64,000 nucleotides of DNA from Candidatus Iainarchaeum sp. (GCA_043808155.1 JAZDFD010000028.1:1-64000); one strand, 5' to 3'; counted from the first letter of the stretch, positions 40,654 through 50,714 are shown. The notes: generated from the letters alone by a model not told the origin. Numbers and translations: made by a program.

Positions 40654-41217
40654 GTGATTTTTGTGACGAATGTTTTTGTTTTTCACGGAACTGAGGGACA
40701 TCCCAAAGAAAACTGGTTTCCCTGGATTAAGAAAGAACTTGAAATTTTGGGTTGCGAAGTTATAGTGCCGCAGTTTCCAACACCGGAAAATCAGACATTA
40801 GAAAAATGGTTTGCTGTCTTTGAAAAATATAAAAAATCATATTCTGAAAATACTATTCTAATTGGACATAGTTTGGGTGGTGCTTTTTTGTTAAGAGTTT
40901 TGGAAAAATATGATACTAAAATCAAAGCTGTGTATATTGTATCAGCACCAATAGGTGTATTGCCGATAAAAAATTATGACGGAGATAAGCTCTTTATTGG
41001 TCATGCTTTTAATTGGGAAAGAATTAGAAATCATGCAAATAAATTTTGTATATTTCAATCGGATAATGATCCTTATGTATGTCTTGGAAACGGAGAGAAA
41101 TTAGCAAAAGAGTTAGGTGTTGATTTAAACTTTGTTGCAAACGCAGGGCATTTCAATGAAGCTGCAGGATATACTGAATTTGAATTGCTACTTGAGAAAA
41201 TTAAGAAAGAACTTTGA
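40654..41217 (+). CDS. RBBP9/YdeN-family alpha/beta hydrolase
   Basis: HG..NWFPW, GHSLGG, SDNDPYV and AGHFN (Ser-Asp-His triad). Confidence 0.9.
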   Translation: MIFVTNVFVFHGTEGHPKENWFPWIKKELEILGCEVIVPQFPTPENQTLEKWFAVFEKYKKSYSENTILIGHSLGGAFLLRVLEKYDTKIKAVYIVSAPIGVLPIKNYDGDKLFIGHAFNWERIRNHANKFCIFQSDNDPYVCLGNGEKLAKELGVDLNFVANAGHFNEAAGYTEFELLLEKIKKEL

Positions 41218-41274
41218 GTTGGTTAAACTTTTTAATAGCTTCATGCTATTAATATCTGACAATTGGTGAACTAC

Positions 41275-44229
41275 ATGACTGAAATTAATAAGATTGCTGA
41301 TTTTGTGTGGGAAATACCTAAAGAAGGAGACATGCGTGTACCTGTGAAGCTTTATGCAAGTAAAACACAAATAATTGATATGAAAGAAGAGGAAAAAACA
41401 GACTGGAGTTCAATAAAACAACTTAAGAACGTGGCAACATTGCCCGGAATTGAACAAAATGTTATTGCGCTCAGTGATGTCCACGTGGGCTACGGCGCAC
41501 CCATAGGCGGAGTTTCTGCTTTTGATCTGGAGACAGGCGTTATTGTTTTCGGAAATATTGGATTTGATATAAATTGCATTTCGGGGGAGAGTAAAGTATT
41601 GCACGAACACGGATATACAAAAAATATCAAAGATTTTGAAACCGATTGGTTTGACGAGAGTATCAAGTGTTTAAATCCGACAAACAAAGTCAAAAATACA
41701 AATATTGACGCATTCTTAAAATTTAAAACCAAGAAAAAGGTTTACAAACTTGAAACAGAATCTGGAAGAAAAATAATTGCAACAGAGGATCATCCATTTT
41801 ATACTTCAAAGGGAATGAAAGAACTTTCATTATTGAAAAATAATGAGAAAATATCGGTTTTTCCATTTGAGGGTGTCGGATACGAAGAGCCCTCGGATAA
41901 AATAATTATAGCTGAAAAAGATATCAAAAACTTAGGTTTTAAAAAAAATATGAAACAGACAATTGATGAACTGAAAAAAAGAAAACTTTTACCCCTAAAA
42001 ATGAATAATCCAAAAATGCCTTATTTGTTAAAAATATTTGGTTATGCATTGGGTGACGGGAATCTTACAATAAGAAAAAATGAAACCGTACAGTTATCTT
42101 TTTATGGAAATCCTGAAGACCTTGAGACAATAATCACTGATGTCGGAAACATAGGATTTAAAGCTTCCAAAATTTATTCAAGAGAAAGAAAACACGCAAT
42201 ACAAACGTCATATGAGTTAGTTAAATTTGAACACACTGAAACTTGGAGCAAATGCAGCTCTAAAGCACTTAGTGCACTTTTAATGGCAATGGGGTTGCCT
42301 GACGGGAACAAAGTGAAAAAGAATTATAGTATTCCCAAATGGTTATTTAAATGCCCGCTCTGGCAAAAACGATTGTTTTTAGCATCATTATTTGGTGCAG
42401 AACTTAGTACGCCATCCACAATTACAAATCACGGTTATAATTTTAATAATCAGCTCCTTTCAATGAATAAAAATGAGAAATTCGTTAAAAACGGGAGAAA
42501 ATTCCTTAGCCAAATTTCAGATTTATTGGGAGATTTTGGAATAAAAAGTAGTCAAATTAAAGAAAGAGACGAATACACGAACAAAAAAGGTGAACTTTCA
42601 ATAAGATTGCGACTTCAAATTTTCAGCAGACCTGCCAACTTAATCAAACTGTGGAGCATCATAGGATTTGAATATAATAAGAAAAGAAGTTATCTTGCAA
42701 ACGTAGCTACGCAATACCTCAAAATAAAATCCAAAATAATTAAAAGCAGAAAAAAATGCGAACAAGAAGCAAAAGAACTCAGAAAGAAAAAATTAAGTGC
42801 AAAAAAAATATATGAAAAACTTAAATCAAAGTATAACTTCATAAATTTTAGATTTATAGAAAGATCTGTTTATGGCACACGAAAAGGGATGCCGAGAATA
42901 TCATCTGCCTTCTCTTCTTTTGATGAATTTTTAGCACAAAATACTAAAGGGCTTGGTTTTACAGGGCAAGTATGGGATACGATAATATCAAAAGAAAAAA
43001 TTGATTTCAATAAACCAGTTTATGATTTTACTGTTTGTGATGAGAATCACAATTTTATCGCAAATAATTTTGTTGTTTCAAACTGTGGCGTGCGCACACT
43101 TAAAACTGATTTGAAACGAGAAGATGTTGAAAAAGTAAAAGATAAACTTGCTGATGCGCTTTTTCAGAATATACCTGCGGGTTTGGGTGTTAAAGGCGAT
43201 GTGGAATTGACACTGGCAGAAATTGATGATGTTATTGTTAATGGTGCAGAGTTTGCAGTTGCTAAAGGTTACGGAACAAAAGAAGACTTAGAGTTTTGCG
43301 AAGAGAACGGAAAAATTACAGGTGCAGAACCTTCAGCTGTGAGCATGAAAGCTAAGCAAAGACAGTTCAAACAAGTTGGTACTTTAGGGAGCGGAAATCA
43401 TTATTTAGAAGTGCAGTATGTTGATGAAATTTATAATGAAAAAATTGCAAAAGCATTTGGTTTGAGTAAGGACCAAATAATTATTTCAATTCACTGCGGT
43501 TCGCGTGCATTAGGACATCAGATTGGTTCTGATTATTTGCAATTTTTAGATAAAGCTGCAAAAAAGCACGGAATTAAAATAAAAGATAAGGAATTAGTTT
43601 GCGCGCCAATTCAGAGTGAAGAAGGTAAGCAGTATTTTTCTGCAGTTAAAGCAGGGATTAATGTTGCATTTGCAAACAGACACGTAATTGGACATCTTAC
43701 AAGAAAAACTTTTGCAGAAGTATTTGGAATTTCCGAAAGCACAATAAAAACATTTTACGATGTAGGACATAACACTGCGAAAGTTGAAGAGCATGATGTT
43801 GATGGCATGAAAAAGAAATTGCTTGTTCACAGGAAAGGTTCTACCCGTGGTTTTGGTCCGGGAAGAATTGAGGTTCCTGAAGCATACAGAAGTGTTGGTC
43901 AGCCAGTGCTTGTTGGTGGCACAATGGGAACGCATTCATATATTCTTGCAGGAACTGAAAAAGGAATGCATGAAACATTCGGTTCTACTGTGCATGGTGC
44001 AGGCAGAGTAATGTCAAGAATGAAGGCAAAAAAGCAATGGGCTGGTGAAAGTGTTTTGCAAGATTTGAAAGAGAAGGGAATCCTGGTGAAAAGCCATTCA
44101 ACACAGGGTCTTGCAGAGGAAGCACCTGACGCATACAAAGACGTTACTGAAGTTGTTGACATAATGCACAATGCTGGTGTGACTGAGAAAGTTGTGAAAT
44201 TGAAACCGCTAATTGTAATTAAAGGCTAA
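41275..44229 (+). CDS. rtcB: RNA-splicing ligase RtcB containing an intein
   Basis: DVHVGYG, GFDIN|..|CGVR, GTLGSGNHYLE, HCGSR, HGAGR and EEAPDAYK; ATG at 41275 after GGTGA. Confidence 0.96.
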   Translation: MTEINKIADFVWEIPKEGDMRVPVKLYASKTQIIDMKEEEKTDWSSIKQLKNVATLPGIEQNVIALSDVHVGYGAPIGGVSAFDLETGVIVFGNIGFDINCISGESKVLHEHGYTKNIKDFETDWFDESIKCLNPTNKVKNTNIDAFLKFKTKKKVYKLETESGRKIIATEDHPFYTSKGMKELSLLKNNEKISVFPFEGVGYEEPSDKIIIAEKDIKNLGFKKNMKQTIDELKKRKLLPLKMNNPKMPYLLKIFGYALGDGNLTIRKNETVQLSFYGNPEDLETIITDVGNIGFKASKIYSRERKHAIQTSYELVKFEHTETWSKCSSKALSALLMAMGLPDGNKVKKNYSIPKWLFKCPLWQKRLFLASLFGAELSTPSTITNHGYNFNNQLLSMNKNEKFVKNGRKFLSQISDLLGDFGIKSSQIKERDEYTNKKGELSIRLRLQIFSRPANLIKLWSIIGFEYNKKRSYLANVATQYLKIKSKIIKSRKKCEQEAKELRKKKLSAKKIYEKLKSKYNFINFRFIERSVYGTRKGMPRISSAFSSFDEFLAQNTKGLGFTGQVWDTIISKEKIDFNKPVYDFTVCDENHNFIANNFVVSNCGVRTLKTDLKREDVEKVKDKLADALFQNIPAGLGVKGDVELTLAEIDDVIVNGAEFAVAKGYGTKEDLEFCEENGKITGAEPSAVSMKAKQRQFKQVGTLGSGNHYLEVQYVDEIYNEKIAKAFGLSKDQIIISIHCGSRALGHQIGSDYLQFLDKAAKKHGIKIKDKELVCAPIQSEEGKQYFSAVKAGINVAFANRHVIGHLTRKTFAEVFGISESTIKTFYDVGHNTAKVEEHDVDGMKKKLLVHRKGSTRGFGPGRIEVPEAYRSVGQPVLVGGTMGTHSYILAGTEKGMHETFGSTVHGAGRVMSRMKAKKQWAGESVLQDLKEKGILVKSHSTQGLAEEAPDAYKDVTEVVDIMHNAGVTEKVVKLKPLIVIKG
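41575..43083 (+). mobile_element. 503 aa intein with LAGLIDADG homing endonuclease in rtcB
   Basis: Starts CISGES; block B ATEDHPF; GYALGDG and LASLFGAEL blocks; ends VYDFTV..HNFIANNFVVSN before Cys+1. Confidence 0.95.
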
Positions 44230-44461
44230 TTTTATTAAGTTTGGAAATTTAAACACGACTTACTATCTTCTACATAATAATGTAAAGACAAAGATTAAAC
44301 CTTTAGGAAACAAACTTTTTCTTTTAAGGAAATACGTACAATAGAACGTACGTATCAGACAAATTGACTTATACATAATCATTTATAAACTATCGACAAT
44401 TAACTTAGTTCCGTGAAAAAGGAACGTTTATAAAGAGCGGAAGCAGGGTTATATACAACAC

Positions 44462-45442
44462 TTGGTGAGTGTGGGGAGTGATAGTTTGATTATGAGAGCA
44501 ATCTTTATTGTACTTGGAATCTTATTGATGGCGTACAGTACACAAGCATATGAATGTTCAAATATACAAATTGATGTAACTGATTTTGAATTAGACGCAG
44601 GAACCACAGAATACAAGGTTTTTGAACTTTGGAATGTTTCCGGAAGTGATTTTTACATAGAATATGCAGAAGTTTATGATTATAGTTCTGATTTTAGAGC
44701 AGAAAATGTGAGATATGATTCTTTTATTGAAGCACATGGATTTGCGGAAATTAAAGTGAAAGTTAAGGCAAATGAAATTGCAGAGGATGCAAAAGGCACA
44801 GGATATGTGATTATTAGAGGATTTTTCGCAGATGAAAAGAGATGTTATACTGATGAGCTGAGGAATGAATTTGAAGTGAGTGTGAGCGGCAATCCAAGAT
44901 TCGCAATTCAGGAATATATTGAAAATGAAGAATTCAAAGTGAGAATTCCAGAGTATTTCTTAGGGAAACTCAATGAAGAAGTGAAAATGCCGATTGAAAT
45001 TTACAATAAAACCAATGAAAGAGTGGAAATTTCATTTATGGGACAAGATGCCAAAGTTACGCCTCAAAACATCTCAGTACCAAGAAATTCTGTGATAAAG
45101 ACAGATTTGACCGTGATTTTGTATTCGACCCAGGCAGAAATCAGCTATTCAAACACCTTTTTCGGTTCTGGAAATACAATTCTCTTTGCTGAAAGGGAAG
45201 AAATAGCTGTTCCTTCAGTTCCCGATGTGCAGATAATTGAGGAAATTGAAGAAAATGGGGCTGAAGAAGCTCAAGAAGTGCCTGCTGAAAAGAGCGAGGA
45301 TGTGGATTTAATTTCAGAAGCATTCAACACTGGATTTGCTACTTTGAGCTCAGGATATGGCATGATTTTGATTATATTGGTTGCTTTTGCAGCACTGCTT
45401 TATTTGCTGTTTTCAGACAGAAAAGAGCAGAGTTTGATTTAA
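44462..45442 (+). CDS. Secreted protein with C-terminal membrane anchor (Ig-like domains likely)
   Basis: Signal peptide from MRAIF; acidic linker; TGFA followed by a TM helix; true start probably near 44492. Confidence 0.7.
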   Translation: MVSVGSDSLIMRAIFIVLGILLMAYSTQAYECSNIQIDVTDFELDAGTTEYKVFELWNVSGSDFYIEYAEVYDYSSDFRAENVRYDSFIEAHGFAEIKVKVKANEIAEDAKGTGYVIIRGFFADEKRCYTDELRNEFEVSVSGNPRFAIQEYIENEEFKVRIPEYFLGKLNEEVKMPIEIYNKTNERVEISFMGQDAKVTPQNISVPRNSVIKTDLTVILYSTQAEISYSNTFFGSGNTILFAEREEIAVPSVPDVQIIEEIEENGAEEAQEVPAEKSEDVDLISEAFNTGFATLSSGYGMILIILVAFAALLYLLFSDRKEQSLI

Positions 45443-45603
45443 AAACCTTCGCACGGCAATATATTATACTTAAAATGTAAACTGTACTTCTCAAGAACCT
45501 TGAGGGGTGTAAGTGCTAAAATCCTGTTTTTTCGGATTTTGCACAGAATGGTGCAACATTTTGAATTGAAGACTAAATATAGCCATATATTTGGTGAGCA
45601 TTA

Positions 45604-46662
45604 ATGGCAAAAACACACAAACCAAGAAGCGGAAGTCTTGCATTTTATCCAAAAAAGCGGGCAAAAAGAGAAATGCCTAGCTTTAAGAGTGTAAGAAATC
45701 AAGGCACAGAAGTTAGACCGCAAAACTTTTTAGGTTACAAAGTCGGAATGACACATGTAACAGGAAAAAATGCTCACGAAAAAAGCAGAACATTTGGTCA
45801 GGAAATTGTTGTGCCAGTAACAATTTTGGAAACACCAACAATGAAAGTTTTTGGAATTAGGGCTTATGAAAAAATTGTTGGTGGCTTTAATCCGATTGGA
45901 GATGTTTATAATGAAAAATTCTCAAAACATCTTTTGAGACGTATTAAAAACTTTAAGAAAAAAACTTCAAAAAGAAAATCTGATTCTAAAAAAGACAATG
46001 AAAAAATTGCAGAAAAAAAAACTGAAGAAAAGAAAAAAACTATTTCTGATCTTGAAAAAGAACTTGAAAATATTTATGAAATTAGATTATTGGTTCATAC
46101 ACAGCCTGATTTAACAACAATGGGTAAAAAGAAACCAGAAGTTTCTGAAATTTTCTTAAACGGAAGCGTAGAAGCACAATTAAAATATGCAAAAGAAAAA
46201 TTAGGCAAAGAACTTTCAGTTACAGATGTTTTTGCTGAAAAAGAATTTATTGATGTTAAAGGCGTTACAATTGGAAAAGGATTTACAGGCCCAGTTAAAA
46301 GAGCAGGTGTTAAAACACACAGACCAAAAGCAAAAACAACAAGAACTGTAGGGAGTATTGGTCCTTGGCACCCTGCAACAGTAATGTGGACTGTTGCAAG
46401 ACCAGGTCAGCTTGGTTATCAGACAAGAACAGAATACAACAAAAGAATTCTTAAAATCGGAGACAATCCAGAAGATATAAACAGAAAAGGCGGTTTTCTC
46501 CAGTATGGTCTTGTAAGAAACCAATTCGTTGTTTTAAGAGGTTCAGTTCCAGGACCCAAGAAAAGATTAATTGGTTTAAGACACAACATCAGAAAAGTAA
46601 ACCTTAACAGAGAAACACTTAATAAAATTGAATTCATTGCAACAAAAGGTGAAATTAAATGA
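45604..46662 (+). CDS. rpl3: Ribosomal protein uL3
   Basis: PRSGSL..PKKRA, GYKVGMTH, GKGFTGPVKR and GQLGYQTRTE. Confidence 0.96.
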   Translation: MAKTHKPRSGSLAFYPKKRAKREMPSFKSVRNQGTEVRPQNFLGYKVGMTHVTGKNAHEKSRTFGQEIVVPVTILETPTMKVFGIRAYEKIVGGFNPIGDVYNEKFSKHLLRRIKNFKKKTSKRKSDSKKDNEKIAEKKTEEKKKTISDLEKELENIYEIRLLVHTQPDLTTMGKKKPEVSEIFLNGSVEAQLKYAKEKLGKELSVTDVFAEKEFIDVKGVTIGKGFTGPVKRAGVKTHRPKAKTTRTVGSIGPWHPATVMWTVARPGQLGYQTRTEYNKRILKIGDNPEDINRKGGFLQYGLVRNQFVVLRGSVPGPKKRLIGLRHNIRKVNLNRETLNKIEFIATKGEIK

Positions 46663-47456
46663 AAGCAGACGTATACTCAGTAGAGGGTAAAAAAGTAAAA
46701 GAAATTTCACTTCCTAAAGTATTTGATACTGAATATGATTCCGCATTAATCAAAAGATCTGTTTTAGCTTCACAGTCTGCAAGACTTCAGCCTAAGGGCG
46801 CATATCAAAACGCAGGAATGGATAATTCAGCTGTAATGAAAGGACGAAGAAGTTTCCCTGCAAGCGGAAGAAGTATTAATGTTGGACATGCAAGGCTTCC
46901 GCGTGTTAAAAGTCACAGAGCATTATTAGCAGGACACGTAGCCAGAGTCGCACAGGCACGCGGAGGTAAACGTGCACACCCTCCAAAAATTGAACAAAGG
47001 ATAGAGGAAAAAATAAACAAAAAAGAAAAAAAGAAAGCACTTGCATCAGCAATTGCAACAACTGTGAATTATGCATTAGTTTCAAAAAGACACAAAATAG
47101 CAGGAATTAAACTTCCAATTATTATGGAAGATAAATTCGCAGAACTGAAAAAAACCGCAGATGTTAAAAGTGTGTTAGAAAAATTGAATCTTTATACAGA
47201 TGTTGAAAATGCAAAAAACAAAAAACATGTACGCGCAGGCAAAGGAAAACTACGCGGAAGAAAATACAAAAGAAAGAAAAGTTTGCTTATTGTGACAGGC
47301 AAACAGGCACCTGTTTACAGAGCTGCAAGAAATTTAGAAGGTGTTGAAATTTGCACTGTAAGAAATTTAAATGCAGAATTGTTAGCACCAGGTGCAGAAG
47401 CAGGAAGATTGACAATATGGTTAGAAAGTGCAATTAGTGCATTGGAGACTAGGTGA
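46659..47456 (+). CDS. rpl4: Ribosomal protein uL4
   Basis: GGKRAHPPK, RAGKGKLRGR and LAPG..GRLTIW. Confidence 0.96.
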   Translation: MKADVYSVEGKKVKEISLPKVFDTEYDSALIKRSVLASQSARLQPKGAYQNAGMDNSAVMKGRRSFPASGRSINVGHARLPRVKSHRALLAGHVARVAQARGGKRAHPPKIEQRIEEKINKKEKKKALASAIATTVNYALVSKRHKIAGIKLPIIMEDKFAELKKTADVKSVLEKLNLYTDVENAKNKKHVRAGKGKLRGRKYKRKKSLLIVTGKQAPVYRAARNLEGVEICTVRNLNAELLAPGAEAGRLTIWLESAISALETR

Positions 47457-47460
47457 TTAA

Positions 47461-47883
47461 ATGGCTGCAGAAAAAAAAGTGAAAAAGGAAACAAAAGAAA
47501 AGAAAGCAGTCAAAGAAACAAAGAAAGCTGGAAAAACACCAGTAAAAGAAAAGAAAGACGATAAAAAAACTGAGAAAGTTAAACAGCTCTCAGCAAAAGA
47601 AACAACATCAAGTGAAGTTAAAGGTAAATTTTATTCAATTGTGAAACACCCTTTGATTTCAGAAAAAGCAGTTGGGATGATTGAAACACAAAACAAATTA
47701 ACTTTTGTTATTGAAAAAGGTTTTACTAAAAGTGAAGTTAAAAGGGCAGTAGAACAAATGTATAATGTAAAAGTTGACCGCGTCCAAGTAGTTAATGATA
47801 TGAAAGGAAGGAAAAAAGCAATTGTTAGAATAAACAAACAATACCGCGCAGATGAAATTGCAACAAAATTAGGGATATTGTAA
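47461..47883 (+). CDS. rpl23: Ribosomal protein uL23 with Lys/Glu-rich N-terminal extension
   Basis: HPLISEKA..NKLTF..KKAIV. Confidence 0.94.
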   Translation: MAAEKKVKKETKEKKAVKETKKAGKTPVKEKKDDKKTEKVKQLSAKETTSSEVKGKFYSIVKHPLISEKAVGMIETQNKLTFVIEKGFTKSEVKRAVEQMYNVKVDRVQVVNDMKGRKKAIVRINKQYRADEIATKLGIL

Positions 47884-47893
47884 GGTGTAAATT

Positions 47894-47971
47894 TTGAAAA
47901 ACCATAATTATTACTGTGGCATTGAAAATGCCACACATAAATCGGAGTACCCGTACGAAATCGGGTTGTGA
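47894..47971 (+). CDS. Bridging mini-ORF spanning element copy A
   Basis: TTG start after GGTG; MKNHNYYCGIENATHKSEYPYEIGL*; stops 4 nt before the rpl2 ATG. Confidence 0.45.
   Translation: MKNHNYYCGIENATHKSEYPYEIGL
47906..47966 (+). repeat. Intergenic hairpin element, copy A (rpl23/rpl2)
   Basis: AATTATTACT-GTGGCATT GAA AATGCCAC-ACATAAATCGGAGTACCCGTACGAAATCGGGT. Confidence 0.92.
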
Positions 47972-47975
47972 TAAC

Positions 47976-48707
47976 ATGCCTGGAAGACTAAAAACACAAA
48001 GAAGAGGTAGAGGGACTCCGAGATACCTGGCCTCAAATAAGGGGATTACATGTACATATATTAATTATACAGATGAACAAAAGAAAGATGTATTATTTGG
48101 CGAAGTTATTAGTTTGATAAAAACAACTGCAAGAAACAGTATTGTTGCAATTGAGAGATTTATAATAGACGGTAAGGAAACAGACTCACAAGTAATAGCT
48201 GCAGAAGGGTTAAGTGTTGGTCAGAAAATCCAATACGGGACTAATGCAGAACTTGCAATCGGAAATGTTTTACCACTTTCGAAGATTCCGGAGGGGTGCC
48301 CTATATTCAATATTGAAAAAGAAAGTGGGGATGGCGGAACATTTGTAAAAAGCAGCGGGATTTACGCAATATTAGTTACAAAGGACAAGAAAAATGCTTA
48401 CATTAAATTACCATCAGGAAAAACAAAACCATTCACCCTCTTGGCAAGAGCAACAATTGGATGTTCAGCATGCGGTGGAAGAACTGAAAAACCTTTCGTC
48501 AAAGCAGGAGCCAAATATTTTGCAATGAAAAGAAAAAGGAAAATGTGGCCAGTTGTAAGAGGTGTTGCAATGAACGCAGCATACCACCCACACGGTGGTG
48601 AACAGCACCATGTTGGTAAGAGTAAGTCTGTATCAAGACACGCTTCACCAGGAAGAAAGGTTGGTGCAATTGCTTCGAAGAGAACAGGAAGGAAAAAGAA
48701 AAACTAG
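47976..48707 (+). CDS. rpl2: Ribosomal protein uL2
   Basis: MPGRLKTQRRGRG and VRGVAMNA..HPHGG; the ORF-track extension from 47916 runs through the repeat element. Confidence 0.95.
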   Translation: MPGRLKTQRRGRGTPRYLASNKGITCTYINYTDEQKKDVLFGEVISLIKTTARNSIVAIERFIIDGKETDSQVIAAEGLSVGQKIQYGTNAELAIGNVLPLSKIPEGCPIFNIEKESGDGGTFVKSSGIYAILVTKDKKNAYIKLPSGKTKPFTLLARATIGCSACGGRTEKPFVKAGAKYFAMKRKRKMWPVVRGVAMNAAYHPHGGEQHHVGKSKSVSRHASPGRKVGAIASKRTGRKKKN

Positions 48708-48717
48708 GGTGTGTTAG

Positions 48718-49125
48718 ATGGCAAGAGTAGAAGAAACATGGCGCGGTAAAAAGATCGAAGATCTTAAATCAATGGATATTTCAGAATTTATGAAATTGAT
48801 AGATTCAAGAGCAAGAAGAAGTATGAAAAGAGGTTTTGATAAAAAGCTCATGAAACAGATTGACAATTATGCTGAAAAAATCAAAGATGGAAAATACCAA
48901 AAACCAATAAAAACACACCTGAGAGACACGATTGTGATTCCAAAAATGCTGGGACTTAAATTTGCAGTTTACAGAGGAAACAAGTTTGAGGATATTGACA
49001 TCGTACCAAATATGCTCGGGCATTTTTTGGGTGAATTTGCACTTACAAGAAAAAGACTTCAGCATGGAAAGGCAGGAATTGGTGCAACAAGATCAAGTAC
49101 TGCACTGAAGACAAAGAGAGTCTAA
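48718..49125 (+). CDS. rps19: Ribosomal protein uS19
   Basis: KTHLRD and MLGHFLGEFALTRK..HG..GIGATRSS. Confidence 0.96.
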   Translation: MARVEETWRGKKIEDLKSMDISEFMKLIDSRARRSMKRGFDKKLMKQIDNYAEKIKDGKYQKPIKTHLRDTIVIPKMLGLKFAVYRGNKFEDIDIVPNMLGHFLGEFALTRKRLQHGKAGIGATRSSTALKTKRV

Positions 49126-49133
49126 TGTGAAAA

Positions 49134-49262
49134 ATGATGATTAAGAAATATGAAAAAGCGGGTTATGACAGTGCCATCGCAGATGGCACGCGGAGCACCC
49201 CGTACGCAACCCTATTTCAACTCAGGGTTGAAATGGGCGCATTTCACAAAAAAGTGAAATAG
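49134..49262 (+). CDS. Bridging mini-ORF spanning element copy B
   Basis: MMIKKYEKAGYDSAIADGTRSTPYATLFQLRVEMGAFHKKVK* after GTGA. Confidence 0.4.
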   Translation: MMIKKYEKAGYDSAIADGTRSTPYATLFQLRVEMGAFHKKVK

Positions 49263-49265
49263 CGT
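49171..49265 (+). repeat. Composite hairpin element, copy B (rps19/rpl22)
   Basis: GTGCCATC GCA GATGGCAC, CGGAGCACCCCGTACG, and a double hairpin shared with 26430-26479. Confidence 0.85.
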
Positions 49266-49275
49266 CGAGTAGTGA

Positions 49276-49755
49276 TTGAAAATGGCTAAAAGAGAATATC
49301 AGAAAAAAGTGAAAAATGAAGCAAAGATTGCAAAAGCGATAGCTGCGAATAAGCCAATTTCAGTTAAATATGCGACAGAAATGTGCAGAGAAATTAAGGG
49401 AAGACCTGTAAACAAAGTTGAGAAATTTTTAAACAGAATAATGAACAAAGAGGATTTCTTACCTCTTAAAAGATATGTGAAGAAAGTAGCACACAGAAAA
49501 GGTGACTCAAAATCAGGAACTAAAACAGGAAAATATCCAATAAGAGTTGCAAATGCATTTCTTGAACTTATTCAAACTGCAAAAGCAAATGCAGATTTCA
49601 AAGGCATTGATACAGAATCGCTTTTGGTTTATCATGCATTTGCATCAACAGGTTTCAGAAGACACAGTGCACAGGCAAAAGGTCACATCGGCGGAAAGCG
49701 CAGAAGAAGTAAATCAACACATATTGAAATCATGCTTATAGAGGGAAAAAAATGA
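49276..49755 (+). CDS. rpl22: Ribosomal protein uL22
   Basis: GKYP..A..NA.. and THIEI; start probably at ATG 49282. Confidence 0.94.
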   Translation: MKMAKREYQKKVKNEAKIAKAIAANKPISVKYATEMCREIKGRPVNKVEKFLNRIMNKEDFLPLKRYVKKVAHRKGDSKSGTKTGKYPIRVANAFLELIQTAKANADFKGIDTESLLVYHAFASTGFRRHSAQAKGHIGGKRRRSKSTHIEIMLIEGKK

Positions 49756-50714
49756 TTGAAAGAACATTTATCAAACAGGCAATGAAAAAAATAGAGCTTG
49801 AGAAGTACATGAGAACCAATCTTGACAAAGCAGGGTTTACACACTTAGACATTGTGAAAACACCGTTGGTTACAAGAATCGTGCTTAATGTTACAAAACC
49901 AGGTCTGGCAATTGGAAAAGGCGGACAGACAATAAGACAACTTACAGAAGATATTGAAACAAAATTTGGAATTAACAATCCTCAGATAGAAATTAAGGAA
50001 ATTGAAAATCCAACATTAGATGCACAGGCAACAGTTGACAAAATGGTTGCATTACTTGAAAGAGGTTTCAGCTGGAGAAGTATTGCATTCAGAACTGTAA
50101 AAGACATTATGGCTGCAGGTGCGCAGGGTTGTGAACTTGTGCTTAGCGGAAAATTAACAGGAAAAGGCGGAAGAAAAAGAAAGCAGAGAATTGCAGAAGG
50201 ATATATGAAAAAAGTTGGACACCAAACAGAGTTAGTTGATTATGCAAAAAAATCCGCATACCCAAAAGCAGGTGCAATTGGAATTAAATTGAGAATAATT
50301 AAACCAGGAGTACAGTTCCCAGATAAAATAAAAATCAATGACATAATCACAAAGAAAAAAGCTCCTATCGTAGAAAAAGAAAATGCAGATGCTGGAAAAA
50401 CAGAAGTTACTGGTATCAAAGAAGAAGTGAAAATCGAAGTTAAAGAAAAAACTGAAAAGAAAGCAGAAGTTAAAGTTGAGAAGAAAGATAAGAAACCAGT
50501 AGCATATAAAAAAGATGCTAAAAAAGAAGTGACGAACGAAAAGAAAACAGATAAAAAGGAAGCAAAGAAATTTGATAAACCAAAAGAAGAAAAGAAAAAA
50601 TCAGATGACAAGAAAGAAACCAAAGTGAAAGAAGAAAAAGTTGACGACAAAAAAACTGAAAAGAAAGAAGTGAAAAAAGAAGATAAAAAATCAGATGAGA
50701 AAAAAGATAAGTGA
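49752..50714 (+). CDS. rps3: Ribosomal protein uS3 with about 115 aa Lys/Glu-rich C-terminal tail
   Basis: KPGLAIGKGG KH motif; GAQGCE..SGKL. Confidence 0.95.
   Translation: MIERTFIKQAMKKIELEKYMRTNLDKAGFTHLDIVKTPLVTRIVLNVTKPGLAIGKGGQTIRQLTEDIETKFGINNPQIEIKEIENPTLDAQATVDKMVALLERGFSWRSIAFRTVKDIMAAGAQGCELVLSGKLTGKGGRKRKQRIAEGYMKKVGHQTELVDYAKKSAYPKAGAIGIKLRIIKPGVQFPDKIKINDIITKKKAPIVEKENADAGKTEVTGIKEEVKIEVKEKTEKKAEVKVEKKDKKPVAYKKDAKKEVTNEKKTDKKEAKKFDKPKEEKKKSDDKKETKVKEEKVDDKKTEKKEVKKEDKKSDEKKDK

Noticed and set aside
44333-44354. TACGTAC/GTACGTA inverted repeat after rtcB
   Set aside because: Short, single copy, and shares no module with the repeat family
47916-47975. N-terminal extension of uL2 given in the ORF track
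   Set aside because: It is the repeat element read in another frame; the conserved uL2 start is the ATG at 47976 with a GTGA RBS
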